From positions 1 to 64,000 of the forward strand of contig CAVZMI010000003.1 of NCBI GenBank assembly GCA_963776275.1: a DNA stretch of 64,000 nucleotides, in the 5' to 3' direction. Numbering within the stretch: position 1 is the first letter of the stretch; each line of letters begins with the position of its first letter. The translations under genes and the position numbers were made by a program. The stretch is from Ignavibacteriota bacterium (GTDB lineage: Bacteria; Bacteroidota; Ignavibacteria; UBA10030; CAVZMI01). A model generated the notes under the pieces. That model was not told where the DNA came from and made no database searches. It worked only from the letters and a program-made list of their open reading frames with translations. Shown here one piece after another: positions 9,168-20,359 of the stretch.

Positions 9168-9752
9168 TTAATCTCCCGACTCGAGTCGGCGAATCTCGTC
9201 ACGGAACTTTGCCGCCCGTTCATAATCCTCTTTTTCGATGGCTTCTTTGAGTTCATTACGAAGCTGTTCGAGTCGTGTTACTTTTGGGACAAGCTTTTTC
9301 GGTGGGTGTTTTTCAGCGGGTTTCTTTTCTTCTTCGGCTTCCTGATCAGGAAGGAACGATGCCTCCTGCATCACGGTTTCTGCTACAAAAATCGGAACGC
9401 CATAGCGTACGGCAAGGGCGATTGCATCACTCGGCCGGGAATCTACTTCATGGTTGATGGTCGCACTGTCGAGTTCAAGTTGAGCGAAAAAAGTCCCATC
9501 GCGCAGATCGTTGATGAGTATTTCTGTCAATGAAGCACCCATCTGGTCAATGATGTTCTTCATCAGATCATGTGTCAGCGGTCGCGGCGGTTTGATCCCT
9601 TCCATTTCCAGAGCGATTGATTGCGCTTCGAATGCGCCGATAATGATGGGTAAGCGCCTGTCCCCGTTGACCTCCTTGAGAATAAGTGCGTATGCCCCGT
9701 TACTCGCCGGACTTGTCGAAAGTCCCAAAATATCAACTTGCACCTTCTCCAC
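9168..9752 (-). CDS. Bifunctional nuclease family protein (DUF151) with C-terminal UVR domain
   Basis: RLPIIIGAFEAQSIA, RPLTHDL and DSRPSDAIALA motifs; UVR EDYERAAKFRDEI. GTG start. Confidence 0.92.
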   Translation of the reverse strand: MEKVQVDILGLSTSPASNGAYALILKEVNGDRRLPIIIGAFEAQSIALEMEGIKPPRPLTHDLMKNIIDQMGASLTEILINDLRDGTFFAQLELDSATINHEVDSRPSDAIALAVRYGVPIFVAETVMQEASFLPDQEAEEEKKPAEKHPPKKLVPKVTRLEQLRNELKEAIEKEDYERAAKFRDEIRRLESGD

Positions 9753-9823
9753 AGAACCACATTCTCCTTTTTGTACCGAAGAAGCTATTACTTAAAGATA
9801 ATCTACGAAGTAATTTCCTAAAA

Positions 9824-10798
9824 TCAAGTCCCGATTTTCTGCTGTATTTCTTGTGTCAATACAGGCAGTATCTCCAGCGCATCGCCGACGATGCCGTAAT
9901 CTGCAATCTGGAAAATTGGAGCATCCTTGTCTTTATTAATTGCGACGATGAATTTTGATGACGACATTCCTGCAATATGTTGAATGGCACCTGAAATTCC
10001 ACATGCTATATAGAGCGACGGTGAAACGGTTTTTCCGGTCTGACCGACCTGCTCGTCATGCGGACGCCATTTTGCATCGACAACGGCGCGGGAAGCACCG
10101 ACCGCACCATGCAGAACATCTGCCAGCTTTTCAATGAGATGGAAATGCTCCGGCCCCTTCATCCCGCGACCGCCCGAGACGACAATATTTGCCTCGGTAA
10201 CATCTGGTCGTCCTTCGGTAATCCGGACTTCGTTCACGACGACGGCAAAATCAGCATCCGCGAAATCTATCGTTATGTTCTCGACCGCTGCAGATTGTCC
10301 ACCGCTTGTGCCTGCTGCAAAGACATTAGGCCGGAGCGTAAATACCTTCACTGCAGATGTGACTTTGACATCGAGCAGGACTTTCCCTGCGTACGCAGGT
10401 CGGGTTGCAACGATTTCACCGTTTTCGACATTCAATGCCGTGCAATCCGGCGCAAGTCCCGCGTCAAGCTTCACAGCGACTCGCGGTGAGAGATCTTTTC
10501 CCATCGAACTTGCCGTCAGTAAGACAATCGCCGCCTGTTCTTTTTGTACAACGGTCGCGATTGCTTTGGCATACGCTGTTGTGGAATACTGTTTTAAAAG
10601 GATATTGTCGACCACCACAACTCGTGATGCTCCATATCCTCCAAGCTGAGCGGCAATGGAAGTCACGCCCGTGCCGAGAACGATAGCACAAAATTCTCCC
10701 CCAAGCTGGTCAGCAAGTGTACGCCCTGTTCTGACCATTTCAAAAGCCGACTGTTTAAATTTTCCGTCCCGTTGCTCTGCAAATGCGACTATCTTCAT
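9824..10798 (-). CDS. etfA: Electron transfer flavoprotein alpha subunit
   Basis: VVSGGRG, GASRAVVD, QVGQTGK, GISGAIQH and AINKD motifs. Confidence 0.95.
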   Translation of the reverse strand: MKIVAFAEQRDGKFKQSAFEMVRTGRTLADQLGGEFCAIVLGTGVTSIAAQLGGYGASRVVVVDNILLKQYSTTAYAKAIATVVQKEQAAIVLLTASSMGKDLSPRVAVKLDAGLAPDCTALNVENGEIVATRPAYAGKVLLDVKVTSAVKVFTLRPNVFAAGTSGGQSAAVENITIDFADADFAVVVNEVRITEGRPDVTEANIVVSGGRGMKGPEHFHLIEKLADVLHGAVGASRAVVDAKWRPHDEQVGQTGKTVSPSLYIACGISGAIQHIAGMSSSKFIVAINKDKDAPIFQIADYGIVGDALEILPVLTQEIQQKIGT

Positions 10799-10815
10799 TG
10801 AACAATCCTTTATTT

Positions 10816-11562
10816 TCAAATGACTTTTGCTTCATCATGCAAGAGGCGGACCAGTTCAGGAACGGCACTCGCATCGGTCCCAATAATTCGACCTGCCGAT
10901 TTCCCTGAAGGTTTTTTCATTTGTAAGACTTGCACCTTCGGATCAGTAGCAACAGGTTTTTTCTCTTCGATAGGTTTACTCTTTGCAGCCATGATTCCTT
11001 TCAGCGACGGGTAGCGGGGCTCATTGAGTCCTTTTTGTGCCATAATAACAGCAGGGAGTGTTGTCTGGACGACTTCGTGTCCGCCTTCAATTTCACGATG
11101 CGCATTCACTTTGCCGTCGAAAATCTCAAGTTTTACCGTTACGGAGATTGACGGCCAACCGAGCATTTCAGCGATGAGACTTCCCACTTGTGCGCCGTCG
11201 TAGTCGATCGATTGTTTACCTGTGAATACTATTTCTGCTCCGCTTTCGCGGGCAAAGTCGGCAAGTGCTTTTGCGATACCGAACGAGTCGCGCGGGGCAT
11301 CATCTTTCAGAATGACAGCCTTATCGGCGCCCATCGCGAGTGCCTTACGAAGTGTTTCCTTATGTGCATCGCCGCCGCAGCTGACTGCAATCACCTCGCC
11401 TCCGAGTTTCTCTTTCGTCCGGAGACCTTCTTCGAGGGCGTATTCGTCGTAAGGGTTGAGAACATAATTAACCCCCGTTTTGTCAATTGTGATATTGTCA
11501 GCCCCAACTTTAATCTTTGCTTCAGTATCGGGAACGTGGTTCACACACACAAGAATTTTCAT
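10816..11562 (-). CDS. etfB: Electron transfer flavoprotein beta subunit
   Basis: VPDT, NPYDEYALEE, ALAMGAD, GKQSID and NEPRYPSL motifs. Confidence 0.95.
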   Translation of the reverse strand: MKILVCVNHVPDTEAKIKVGADNITIDKTGVNYVLNPYDEYALEEGLRTKEKLGGEVIAVSCGGDAHKETLRKALAMGADKAVILKDDAPRDSFGIAKALADFARESGAEIVFTGKQSIDYDGAQVGSLIAEMLGWPSISVTVKLEIFDGKVNAHREIEGGHEVVQTTLPAVIMAQKGLNEPRYPSLKGIMAAKSKPIEEKKPVATDPKVQVLQMKKPSGKSAGRIIGTDASAVPELVRLLHDEAKVI

Positions 11563-11582
11563 CCAGCCTCCAATGCGGCCTG

Positions 11583-12650
11583 TTAATGAATCAATCTTCG
11601 TAATATATCGATAAATTGTTCGTTTTCTTCCTCGGTTCCGACGTTCACACGCAGACAGCGTTCAAGCATCGGATATGAACTTACATCTCTCACAAGAACG
11701 CCTTTCTGCAGCAGCGCATCCATCAACTCTGATGATGGACGGGCCGTCCTGAAGAGGAAGAAATTTGTATCCGATGGATAGAGCGTCACACCGGCAATTG
11801 AACGAAGAGATTCTTCCATCAAGCGTTTTTGATGTTTTATATATTCTATATGCTCGCGTATGACGTCGAGATGGTCAAGCAGCGTCATCGCAGTAATTGC
11901 TGAAAATCTATTGACAGTAAATGGAATTTTTGGTTTTAGAATCTCGTTGCGTATTTCCGGGTGAGCAAGACAATAGCCGACCCGAAGTCCTGCAAGGCTG
12001 AACGATTTTGAAAGTGTCCGAAGAATAATTAGATTCGGATACTTCTTTAAAAGATCGAAGCAGCTCTTTTTATCGGAGAACTCGATATACGCCTCATCGA
12101 CTAAAACCAATGCGCGCGTTTCTTTCAGAATACGTTCGATATCATCGTACGGCATCGATTGTGCGGTCGGACTGTTCGGTGAGACGATGATGATCAATGA
12201 CGGGTCTTGTTGTGCGGCCACTTCGAGAAAGCGGTTGGCATTGTAGCTCAGATCGTCGTTCATCATCACATTGATCACGTTACCGTCGAAGATTCTTGTC
12301 GCCTTTTCGTAAAGGAAAAATGCGGGAGACGGGAGCAGGACGGAAGTTCCCTTAGTGACAACAGCCATCAGGATGGTGTACATCAGTTCGTTGGAACCAT
12401 TGCCGACGATGATCCCTTCCGCAGGATACTGAAGATAGCCGGCGAATGCTTTAATGAGATCCTGTGGAAATGTCTCGGGATACCGGTTCCACTGCTCACG
12501 AGAAAGTCGTGACAGAACTTTTTCCTTGATCACCATCGGGATATCGAAGGGATTCTCATTCTGGTTCAGCTTGATGCGTGCTGTCAGTCCTTTTACCGAA
12601 TAAGGTTCGAGTGCGCGAACGCTCGGTTTAATACGATTGACAAAATTCAT
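11583..12650 (-). CDS. hisC: Histidinol-phosphate aminotransferase
   Basis: KLNQNENP, GNGSNE, DEAYIEF and RTLSKSFSLAGLRVGY motifs; adjacent to hisD. Confidence 0.93.
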   Translation of the reverse strand: MNFVNRIKPSVRALEPYSVKGLTARIKLNQNENPFDIPMVIKEKVLSRLSREQWNRYPETFPQDLIKAFAGYLQYPAEGIIVGNGSNELMYTILMAVVTKGTSVLLPSPAFFLYEKATRIFDGNVINVMMNDDLSYNANRFLEVAAQQDPSLIIIVSPNSPTAQSMPYDDIERILKETRALVLVDEAYIEFSDKKSCFDLLKKYPNLIILRTLSKSFSLAGLRVGYCLAHPEIRNEILKPKIPFTVNRFSAITAMTLLDHLDVIREHIEYIKHQKRLMEESLRSIAGVTLYPSDTNFFLFRTARPSSELMDALLQKGVLVRDVSSYPMLERCLRVNVGTEEENEQFIDILRRLIH

Positions 12651-13930
12651 GATCGTCGTGTACGAATTGTGATTGACTTGCTATGAGCCTGGAGTCCTTC
12701 TTTTTGGGCGAATACTGCAACCCGCTCGGCTACTGCCGAGAGGTGATCGCGCGTATAGGCGATTACGCTGGTCCGCTTAAAAAAATCCTCGGTGCTAAGA
12801 GGCGATGAAAACCGGGCCGTGGTACTTGTCGGGAGCGTATGATTCGGGCCTGCATAGTAATCGCCGACAGCGACCGGTGAAAAATTCCCAAGGAAAATTG
12901 CGCCGGCGTGTTTCACAAGCTTCATCGTTTCCCAACAGTCTTCGGTAATGATTTCCAGGTGTTCCGGTGCGAGACGGTTGACAATAGCCGCACCTTCTTC
13001 GATCGTGCCGGTGATTATCACCGCACTGTTCTTATCAAGCGCCCTGGCAACGATTTTTTTTCGCGTCAACAGTTTTATCTGCCGCCGGATTTCTCTTTCG
13101 ACCTCTTCCGCAAGTTTTTTCACATGTGTAATCAACACCGCGGAAGCATGCTCGTCATGCTCAACCTGCGCGAGCATATCGGCAGCGATGAAAGCTGGCT
13201 GCGCGCTGGAATCGGCAAGGATTACAATTTCACTCGGTCCCGCGTAGCTGTCGATACCGACCGTTCCATAGAGAAGTTTCTTTGCGGTTGCCACATAGAT
13301 ATTACCCGGACCAACGACTTTATCGACGCGCGAAATTGTCTCTGTTCCATATGCCAGTGCGGCAATCGCCTGGGCACCTCCCACACGGTATATATCGGTG
13401 ATGCCGAGAATTCGAGCGGCAACCAGCACGTTATCGTTGACACAACCGTTCGTATCCGGCGGAGATACAAGATGGATTGAGGGGACACCGGCAACCTGAG
13501 CCGGAATGACATTCATCAAGACCGTTGACGGATACGCCGCCTTGCCCCCGGGTACATATACCCCGACGCTTTCAATCGGTGTGATTCGTTGACCGAGTGT
13601 GCTTCCTTCCGGCGTGTTGAAATACCACGAACTCTGCAACTGTTTTTTATGATATGCACGTATATTTGCGGCAGCTTCCTCAAGAATCTCGATGAATACC
13701 GGATCCGCCTTCCGGTATGCTTCTTCGACCTCGGATTGTGTAACAATGAGTGAGGAGATTTTTGCACCGTCGAACTTTTTCGTGTATGCACGGACAGCTG
13801 CATCGCCTTTACTCCGTACCCGATCGAGAATTGTACGCACGGTCTTTTCGATGGAACCGGTTTCTGACCGCCGCCGGTGACAAAAAAGGTCGATTGCCCG
13901 CTGATTCCTTCTGGAATCGAATATTTTCAC
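12647..13930 (-). CDS. hisD: Histidinol dehydrogenase
   Basis: YVPGGKAAYPS, GGAQAIAALAYG, GPGNIYV, AGPSE, APEHLE and GDYYAGPNHTLPT motifs. Confidence 0.97.
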   Translation of the reverse strand: MKIFDSRRNQRAIDLFCHRRRSETGSIEKTVRTILDRVRSKGDAAVRAYTKKFDGAKISSLIVTQSEVEEAYRKADPVFIEILEEAAANIRAYHKKQLQSSWYFNTPEGSTLGQRITPIESVGVYVPGGKAAYPSTVLMNVIPAQVAGVPSIHLVSPPDTNGCVNDNVLVAARILGITDIYRVGGAQAIAALAYGTETISRVDKVVGPGNIYVATAKKLLYGTVGIDSYAGPSEIVILADSSAQPAFIAADMLAQVEHDEHASAVLITHVKKLAEEVEREIRRQIKLLTRKKIVARALDKNSAVIITGTIEEGAAIVNRLAPEHLEIITEDCWETMKLVKHAGAIFLGNFSPVAVGDYYAGPNHTLPTSTTARFSSPLSTEDFFKRTSVIAYTRDHLSAVAERVAVFAQKEGLQAHSKSITIRTRRS

Positions 13931-14054
13931 AGAGATTTCCTTCGCTGTGTTCAGGATAAGAATTACATTAAACTGTAATATATTGAAAAAAGAGATAGAA
14001 AAAAAGCGAGAGGCCGTATAGCGATCCCCGCTTTTCTGTCTAAAAAAGAATAAC

Positions 14055-15228
14055 TCAGCCTGCGCGAAGCGCAGTTACGATATCCAAACGTGCGGCACGG
14101 ACAGCGGGGAAGAATCCGCCGACAATTCCCATGATGATCGAAAAAATCATCGACCAGAGAATTGTATCGGGAGAGAGAGCAAAACCAAAAGCAAGTTCCG
14201 AGAAATTCTGAAAATTTGTAGTTGATATCGTTATCGCCTGCATAAACGAAGCAAGAAAAAGGCCTATGATTCCGCCTAGAAGCGAAAGAACCATTGATTC
14301 CATTAGGAATGCGGTGAGTATATTCCTTCGTTTGAAGCCGAGCGCGCGTAATGTTCCGATTTCAACGGTTCGATTTGCCACCGCAGCGTACATCGTGATC
14401 GCCGCACCGATCATCGCTCCGAGGCTGAAGATTATAGTGATGATAAGTCCAAGAGCACGGATGAACGTGGTCATAAGAAACGATTGGCCCTCGTAGTATT
14501 GCTTCTCGCGTTTAATGCGGAGCTGCTGAAGCCGCGGCTCCCCCTCGATCCGTGTTTTAAGAGTTTCAAAATCGTTTGCATTTTTTAAGCCCAGTGTCAT
14601 TGCTGAAAAAACGGGACGGCCGAATGCCGGCCCAAGTTGTTCGAACGTCTCCCCAGATTTCCGAATCGAAACCGCTCCCGTTTGCATCCATTACACCGAC
14701 AATTGTCCACTCGCGTCCGCCGAAGTGGAGTACCTGACCCGGCCGGGCTCCTTCAAAACGTTTTTCAATAGATTTTCCCACGACGACCTCTGATGAGCCG
14801 AATGTAAAAAACCGTCCCTCTGCCAGGCGGATCTGTGGACGGAGCGAGAATGCCTCGGGCGATACCCCGCGAGCCGTGACATTTCCCATATCACCGGTTC
14901 CATATTTCAGCAAGTTAATGATAACAACGTCTTCTGTTGAGACGAGCGGTTTTCCATCCGCCGATTGACGAAGTTCCGGGAACGTCTTGATGGTATTTGC
15001 ATCTTCGCGCGATAGGTAGCTCATGATTTCTGCATCGGCGGATTTCCGGAGGACAATCACATTATCCTCTGAACCGGTGCTTACGAGGGTCTTTTTCAAA
15101 CCGTAGGCGAGCATGAGGACTGCGGTAAACACAAACACAACCAGAGCAATACCCCCGATCGTCAGGATTGTTGTGAGGCGGCGTGTCCAGAGACTTCGGA
15201 TATTATAACTGAGAGGAATTGCTGCCAT
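14055..15228 (-). CDS. ABC transporter permease, FtsX/MacB family (one frameshift near 14640)
   Basis: ORF 14566..15228 gives the N-part and ORF 14055..14687 the C-part (EIGTLRALGF). They join at ...IWGDV/EQLGP. Confidence 0.85.
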
Positions 15229-15249
15229 TCTCTATTCCTTTACATTCGG

Positions 15250-16410
15250 TTAACCAATTTGACGTAATCCATCGACAATACTGGTATGCATTGCCCGGAG
15301 CATCGGGAAAATTGCAGAGATGATCCCCACTAGTAGTGAAAAAGAACCTGCCAGAATCATTGTCGATGGTTCCACAGTGAAAACGGGGAAAAGCGTGGAA
15401 AATTGCTCTGCGATGCCGGCACTGAGCGGGAAAGCAAGCCATAAACCGAGGATACCCCCTGTTACTGCGATTGCAAGAGATTCGCCGGCGATAAGACCGA
15501 GAAGATGTCCCGTTGAAAATCCAAGAGTTTTAAGTACGGCATATTCCCGCACACGCTCGCGTGCCGTCATGATCATGGTATTTGCAAGTACAAGAAGAAT
15601 GATTCCGATGATGATATATGACACGACGCGTATAGCGGTAATGATTGCACCCGACATGGAAACAAATCCAAGCTGGAATGCTTTTTCGGTCTCTGTTTTA
15701 GTTTCAGCCGGAGAATTTTTAAAGTGTTTGTCAACGGCATCTGCGACTGATGGAATCATGCTTTGATCCTTCACTTCTATCACATACCAGCCGACCAAAC
15801 CTTCCATACCGGACCACTCTCTCTTGATCCACTCATTAAGATACTCCCAGTGAAAGAGTAGCTGTGTCTCATCTGTCGTTTTATCACGGCCGCGGTAAAT
15901 TGAACGAACGACGAATTGCCAGTTGTCGGGATAAATATCTCCCCGGATATTTACTATATCGCCAATCTTCAAGTTGTACTTTTTGGCGATTTTTTGTCCG
16001 ATGATACAGGCATTCCTTTCGCGCTTAAACGTCTCGAAGTCTTCCTTTGATGTTGGTACGAATTCTGGATACACATCGAAAAACGTGTTGACGTTGACAG
16101 CCATACGCGGGAAAAAATTTCGCTCATCAATATAGACTCCCTGAAACCAGTTCGCGTAAGTGACGTTGGCAACCCCCGGGATACGGGCAATCTGATCCCT
16201 GTACGAATAGGGAAGTGGAAAGACGAAGGAAACAGAATGCCGTGTTATCAGCCGGTTCTGCGCCGAGGCTTCAACGGATGCGTACCAGGCGGTAATGATA
16301 GTACTCAGCAGTGTAAATGACATCACGGCAATGGTAATACCGAGGATGGTCAGAGATGTCCTCAGTTTGTGGCGAAGCAGATTTTTAAATATAAGTTTAA
16401 AAACTTTCAT
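15250..16410 (-). CDS. ABC transporter permease, FtsX/MacB family
   Basis: RHKLRTSLTILGI, a periplasmic domain, then ERVREYAVLKTLGF. Confidence 0.9.
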   Translation of the reverse strand: MKVFKLIFKNLLRHKLRTSLTILGITIAVMSFTLLSTIITAWYASVEASAQNRLITRHSVSFVFPLPYSYRDQIARIPGVANVTYANWFQGVYIDERNFFPRMAVNVNTFFDVYPEFVPTSKEDFETFKRERNACIIGQKIAKKYNLKIGDIVNIRGDIYPDNWQFVVRSIYRGRDKTTDETQLLFHWEYLNEWIKREWSGMEGLVGWYVIEVKDQSMIPSVADAVDKHFKNSPAETKTETEKAFQLGFVSMSGAIITAIRVVSYIIIGIILLVLANTMIMTARERVREYAVLKTLGFSTGHLLGLIAGESLAIAVTGGILGLWLAFPLSAGIAEQFSTLFPVFTVEPSTMILAGSFSLLVGIISAIFPMLRAMHTSIVDGLRQIG

Positions 16411-16435
16411 GCTCTATTCTCCTGCCGATGTGCAT

Positions 16436-17112
16436 TTACTGGAGCTCGCCTTTATCGAGATGGCGAATTGTGTGTGCTTTCTCGGCAGCCCGGGGGTCGT
16501 GTGTGACCATGACGATTGTTTTTTTAAATTCCTGGTTCAATCGTTCGATAAGAGTTAGAATTTCGTCTTCAGAGCGTTTATCGAGATCGCCTGTCGGCTC
16601 GTCGGCGACGAGAACGAGCGGGTCGGTAATTATGGCGCGTGCGATGGCGACGCGCTGCTCCTGTCCTCCCGAGAGCTGTCGTGGATAATGCTTCATTCTA
16701 TCTGTGAGTCCGACAATGGCAAGGGCCGCTTCGACATGTTCTTTTCGTTCCTTTTTCGACAGACCGGTGAGCAGCAGTGGGAGCTCCACGTTTTCGAACG
16801 CTGTAAGAACAGGCAGTAGGTTGTAAAACTGAAAAATAAATCCAACGTGACGCGCTCTCCACTTGGCCAGATTTGATTCGCTGAGCGATGGGACGTTGAC
16901 CCCATTGACAACGATTTCGCCGCTATCAGGCCGGTCGATTCCGGCAATCAGATTCAACAGCGTTGTTTTTCCGGATCCCGACGGTTGCCCATCAGCGCGA
17001 GAAATTCACCTTCGGGAATCGTGCAAGAGAGATTCTGAAGAACCGGAATTTCGATGCTGTCACGATGGTATGATTTTGTGATATTCCGGATATCGACTAT
17101 TGGTTCTGGCAT
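16436..17112 (-). CDS. ABC transporter ATP-binding protein, LolD/MacB-like (frameshift in Walker A near 16985)
   Basis: Starts [15 protein letters not shown]...[12 protein letters not shown], then [19 protein letters not shown] and VTHD. Confidence 0.88.
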
Positions 17113-17131
17113 AGAGGAATCTTCCATTCAA

Positions 17132-18328
17132 TTATTGTTGTGTCGTTTTTACATGTGAGCCGGTGTGAAGGTCGTCTGACGGCTTCAACACCACCCGATC
17201 ACCCGCACGTGCTCCCGAAAGAACTTCCATGAGATTTCCGACATTTCCCCCAAGCGTTACAGGTGCTTCGGTCAAAATGTCTTCTTTGATTATAAAGATA
17301 ACTTTTTTACCATCCCGTGAAACGACAGCTTCAGGAGAAACTGCAAGCTTCGGTTTCTGGGCCACTGCGCTATCGCTCAGCGCTTCAGCCAAGAATGCCA
17401 CCTTCGCGCTCATTTCAGGAAGCACACTGTCATCCCTGTCGATGAATTTTACTTTTGTTTTTACCGTTGCCTTTGCGCGATCGACAGTAGGGACGATTTT
17501 ATTGATTTTGCCACGGTATCGTTTTCCCGGAAAGGCATCGAGAGTAATTTCACAGGGCTGCCCCGGTCTCAATCGCTCTATATTTGATTCGGAAACATCA
17601 GCTTCAACCTCCAGAGAGTTCATGTCGGCTATGGTCACTACGGCCCCGCGGGAACTAGCGGAAGTTGAAAACGGAGCAATCACTTCGCCCACATCGGCGT
17701 TTTTTGAAAGAACGGTGCCGTCAAACGGAGCACGGATAAGAGTATTTTCGATGGCAACTTCTGCAGCTTCAACTGTGGCTTTGCCATAGGAAATTGATGC
17801 AACGACACGGTTGTACCGCGCCTCAGCGGCGTCGAGCTCTGCCTGTGATGACAGAGACGAGGCAAAAAGTTGGCGTGTCCGCTCAAGTGTCTGTTTCGCG
17901 TCGATGAGATCAGCCTGACTGACCGCAAGATTCGCCTTCGCCTGTGCACGTGCCGCCTGGACGTCGCTGTCTTCGAGCTGGCCGATTATCATATTTCGCT
18001 TAACCCGGTCTCCTTCCTGGACAGTGAGACGTACAAGCCGTCCTGTTCCTTTTGAAGCGATCGCTGCTTTTCGCTGGGCAACCACATAGCCGCTGGCATT
18101 AAGAAGAGCGCTTGTTTGCGCAGGACTAGTCAACACAACAGTCGTTGTTTCGACTTCCGGAAGCGGAGCAAGGGTGCTGCGAAATACGATAAATATCAAA
18201 ACCAGAAAGGCCACGATTCCTATGATCCACAAGAGCCTTCGTTTTGGAAGGATTTTCGATTTGGCCGTCTTGTCGTGATTGATTTGAAGTTTAGATAAAT
18301 CTGCGTTGTGAGAGTCTGCCATTACCAT
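17132..18328 (-). CDS. Efflux RND/MacA-type periplasmic adaptor subunit
   Basis: N-terminal TM, ASGYVVA, lipoyl half-motifs V.EGD.V and IRAPFDGTV, coiled coil. Confidence 0.9.
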   Translation of the reverse strand: MVMADSHNADLSKLQINHDKTAKSKILPKRRLLWIIGIVAFLVLIFIVFRSTLAPLPEVETTTVVLTSPAQTSALLNASGYVVAQRKAAIASKGTGRLVRLTVQEGDRVKRNMIIGQLEDSDVQAARAQAKANLAVSQADLIDAKQTLERTRQLFASSLSSQAELDAAEARYNRVVASISYGKATVEAAEVAIENTLIRAPFDGTVLSKNADVGEVIAPFSTSASSRGAVVTIADMNSLEVEADVSESNIERLRPGQPCEITLDAFPGKRYRGKINKIVPTVDRAKATVKTKVKFIDRDDSVLPEMSAKVAFLAEALSDSAVAQKPKLAVSPEAVVSRDGKKVIFIIKEDILTEAPVTLGGNVGNLMEVLSGARAGDRVVLKPSDDLHTGSHVKTTQQ

Positions 18329-18539
18329 ACTTGACGGAGATGGTGTGTAATATCCAATAATTACTTAAGATACGGAATAAAAGGCCTCTTTTCAATAGAT
18401 ATTAAACGCTATCTTTCATAGAATGTTACAATATTACTGAGATGTTTTTATCGATAAAAAAGGAATCGAAGAACGTCATAGGAGGTATAAAAAAATCTTG
18501 CTGGTGATTTTTCTTTAGGTTTGTCGATGAATCTGCTTC

Positions 18540-19355
18540 TCACATCAATTTCAATGCCCAGAATATTTTTTTTGTGATCTCAAGTCGTGCTTTCCCGAAC
18601 AGATCGGTGGGATCTTTTTGCTCGATGCTTGTGGCAAAGAAGTACACATTCCCGTTACGTTCCAGATAACCCACGAGCCAGCCGATTTCTCTGTCTGTCC
18701 GCAGTGCCAATCCGGTTTTAGCGCTCAGTGTATAGGCGTTGGTTTTTTCAAATACCATGATCTTCTTCAGTATATCGATGCTCCGTTTGGAGATTGGCAA
18801 TTGGTATGTGTACAGTCGCCGGAGAAAATCGATTTGTTGAACTTGCGATATCCGCAGTCCTCCTTCCAGCCAGAAGCGATCGATACCGCCTGAGATATTT
18901 CGATTTCCGTATTGCATCGTATCGAGGAAGTGCTGCATTCGTTCAGGCCCGATACGGCGGGCAATTTCCTGGTAATACCAGACGACGGAATTGGTAAAAG
19001 CAGTTTTCAGAGTATGATCCCGGTTCCATGTTTCGATGCCGTACCGGGTGCTGTCCCATTTGATAACGAAATTTTCGTCGGTAGCGACACCGGTCTCAAG
19101 GGCGATTAGCGAATTGGGTATTTTGAATGTCGAAGCAGGTATAAATTCCTTCGTAATCCTATCACGGTTGTAACAAATGGTCGAATCGTTGTTGAGATCG
19201 TACAGAACGAACGACCCGACCACGTCATATTCTTTGAAATATTGGCCAAGCTCGGGAATCTCCCGGAAATTATGCTGAGCATTGAGAAGCTGAAGTAAGA
19301 CAACTGAGTGGAAGATAAAGAAAATGACTTTACTTATAGATTTTAATACGTACAT
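18540..19355 (-). CDS. Class D (OXA-type) beta-lactamase
   Basis: Signal peptide; PASTFKIPN (SxxK), SVV (SxV), YGN, FWLEG and KTG motifs. Confidence 0.9.
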   Translation of the reverse strand: MYVLKSISKVIFFIFHSVVLLQLLNAQHNFREIPELGQYFKEYDVVGSFVLYDLNNDSTICYNRDRITKEFIPASTFKIPNSLIALETGVATDENFVIKWDSTRYGIETWNRDHTLKTAFTNSVVWYYQEIARRIGPERMQHFLDTMQYGNRNISGGIDRFWLEGGLRISQVQQIDFLRRLYTYQLPISKRSIDILKKIMVFEKTNAYTLSAKTGLALRTDREIGWLVGYLERNGNVYFFATSIEQKDPTDLFGKARLEITKKIFWALKLM

Positions 19356-19389
19356 ACCGTTCCCCCGGCGCGATTATTATAAATGAATA

Positions 19390-20277
19390 CTACAACGCAT
19401 AATTTAAAATTTTATATACTAATTTTGCAGTTGTCTCATCGGCATAATGAAGTTTTTTTATCGGTGCGAACTCTACGACGTCGAAGCCAACAATTTTTGT
19501 CCGCTCACTCACTTTTCGCAGCAGGACCATTGTTTCATGCCAGGTTAATCCGTCTGGCTCGGGAGTACCTGTCGCAGGCATGATGGATGGATCTAAACCG
19601 TCTATATCGAACGAGAGATAGACTTTGTCCGTTAATTTTTTAACAACGATATCCTGCCAGTCTTCAGAGAATCCTCCATCATGGATATAATGCGCATAGA
19701 AAGTCTGAACCTGCTTCTCGGCGATGAATCGGGCTTCTTCTGAACACTGTGCACGGATGCCGACCTGGACGAGGCGCCGTGGATCGAGAAATTCGCAAAC
19801 ACGGGCCATGACACAGGCATGGCTGTATCTGGTTCCTTCGTATTCCGCACGAAGGTCTGAATGTGCATCGATATGCAGCACAGAAAGATCGGGGAATTTT
19901 TCGAGATGTGCTTTGATTATAGCAGCCGATATTGTATGCTCACCGCCAAGTGTGATGACGAATTTCTCTTCCTTCAGGAGATTTCTGACTGTACGTTCAA
20001 TAAGATCGAGTGCGCTCTGGTTCTTTTTCCCTTTGAAATTCAACGGTGGAAGTGTGGCGATTCCATATTCCTTATACAATTCCCGTTTCAGTTCTTCATC
20101 GTAGAACTCGACATAGTGGGATGCTTTAAGAATCGTCCCTGGGCCGAATCGCGTCCCGCCGCCATAACTTACGGTGTGTTCATATGGGGCGGGGAGGACA
20201 ACGACGCGTGAAGTTTTGTATTCAGAATATTTTTTTTCGATCCCCAGGAAATTCGATTTTTTGCCGAGGGTTTTCAT
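19390..20277 (-). CDS. speB: Agmatinase
   Basis: GGEHTIS, DAHSD, SHAC and SFDIDGLDP..PATGTPEPDG ureohydrolase motifs. Confidence 0.92.
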   Translation of the reverse strand: MKTLGKKSNFLGIEKKYSEYKTSRVVVLPAPYEHTVSYGGGTRFGPGTILKASHYVEFYDEELKRELYKEYGIATLPPLNFKGKKNQSALDLIERTVRNLLKEEKFVITLGGEHTISAAIIKAHLEKFPDLSVLHIDAHSDLRAEYEGTRYSHACVMARVCEFLDPRRLVQVGIRAQCSEEARFIAEKQVQTFYAHYIHDGGFSEDWQDIVVKKLTDKVYLSFDIDGLDPSIMPATGTPEPDGLTWHETMVLLRKVSERTKIVGFDVVEFAPIKKLHYADETTAKLVYKILNYAL

Positions 20278-20359
20278 CCGTTCTTAACCGACGATAATTG
20301 ATATGATTATTATGAAAAATAAAATATAGAAGAAAGACAAGGAAAAGCAAATAAGGAAG

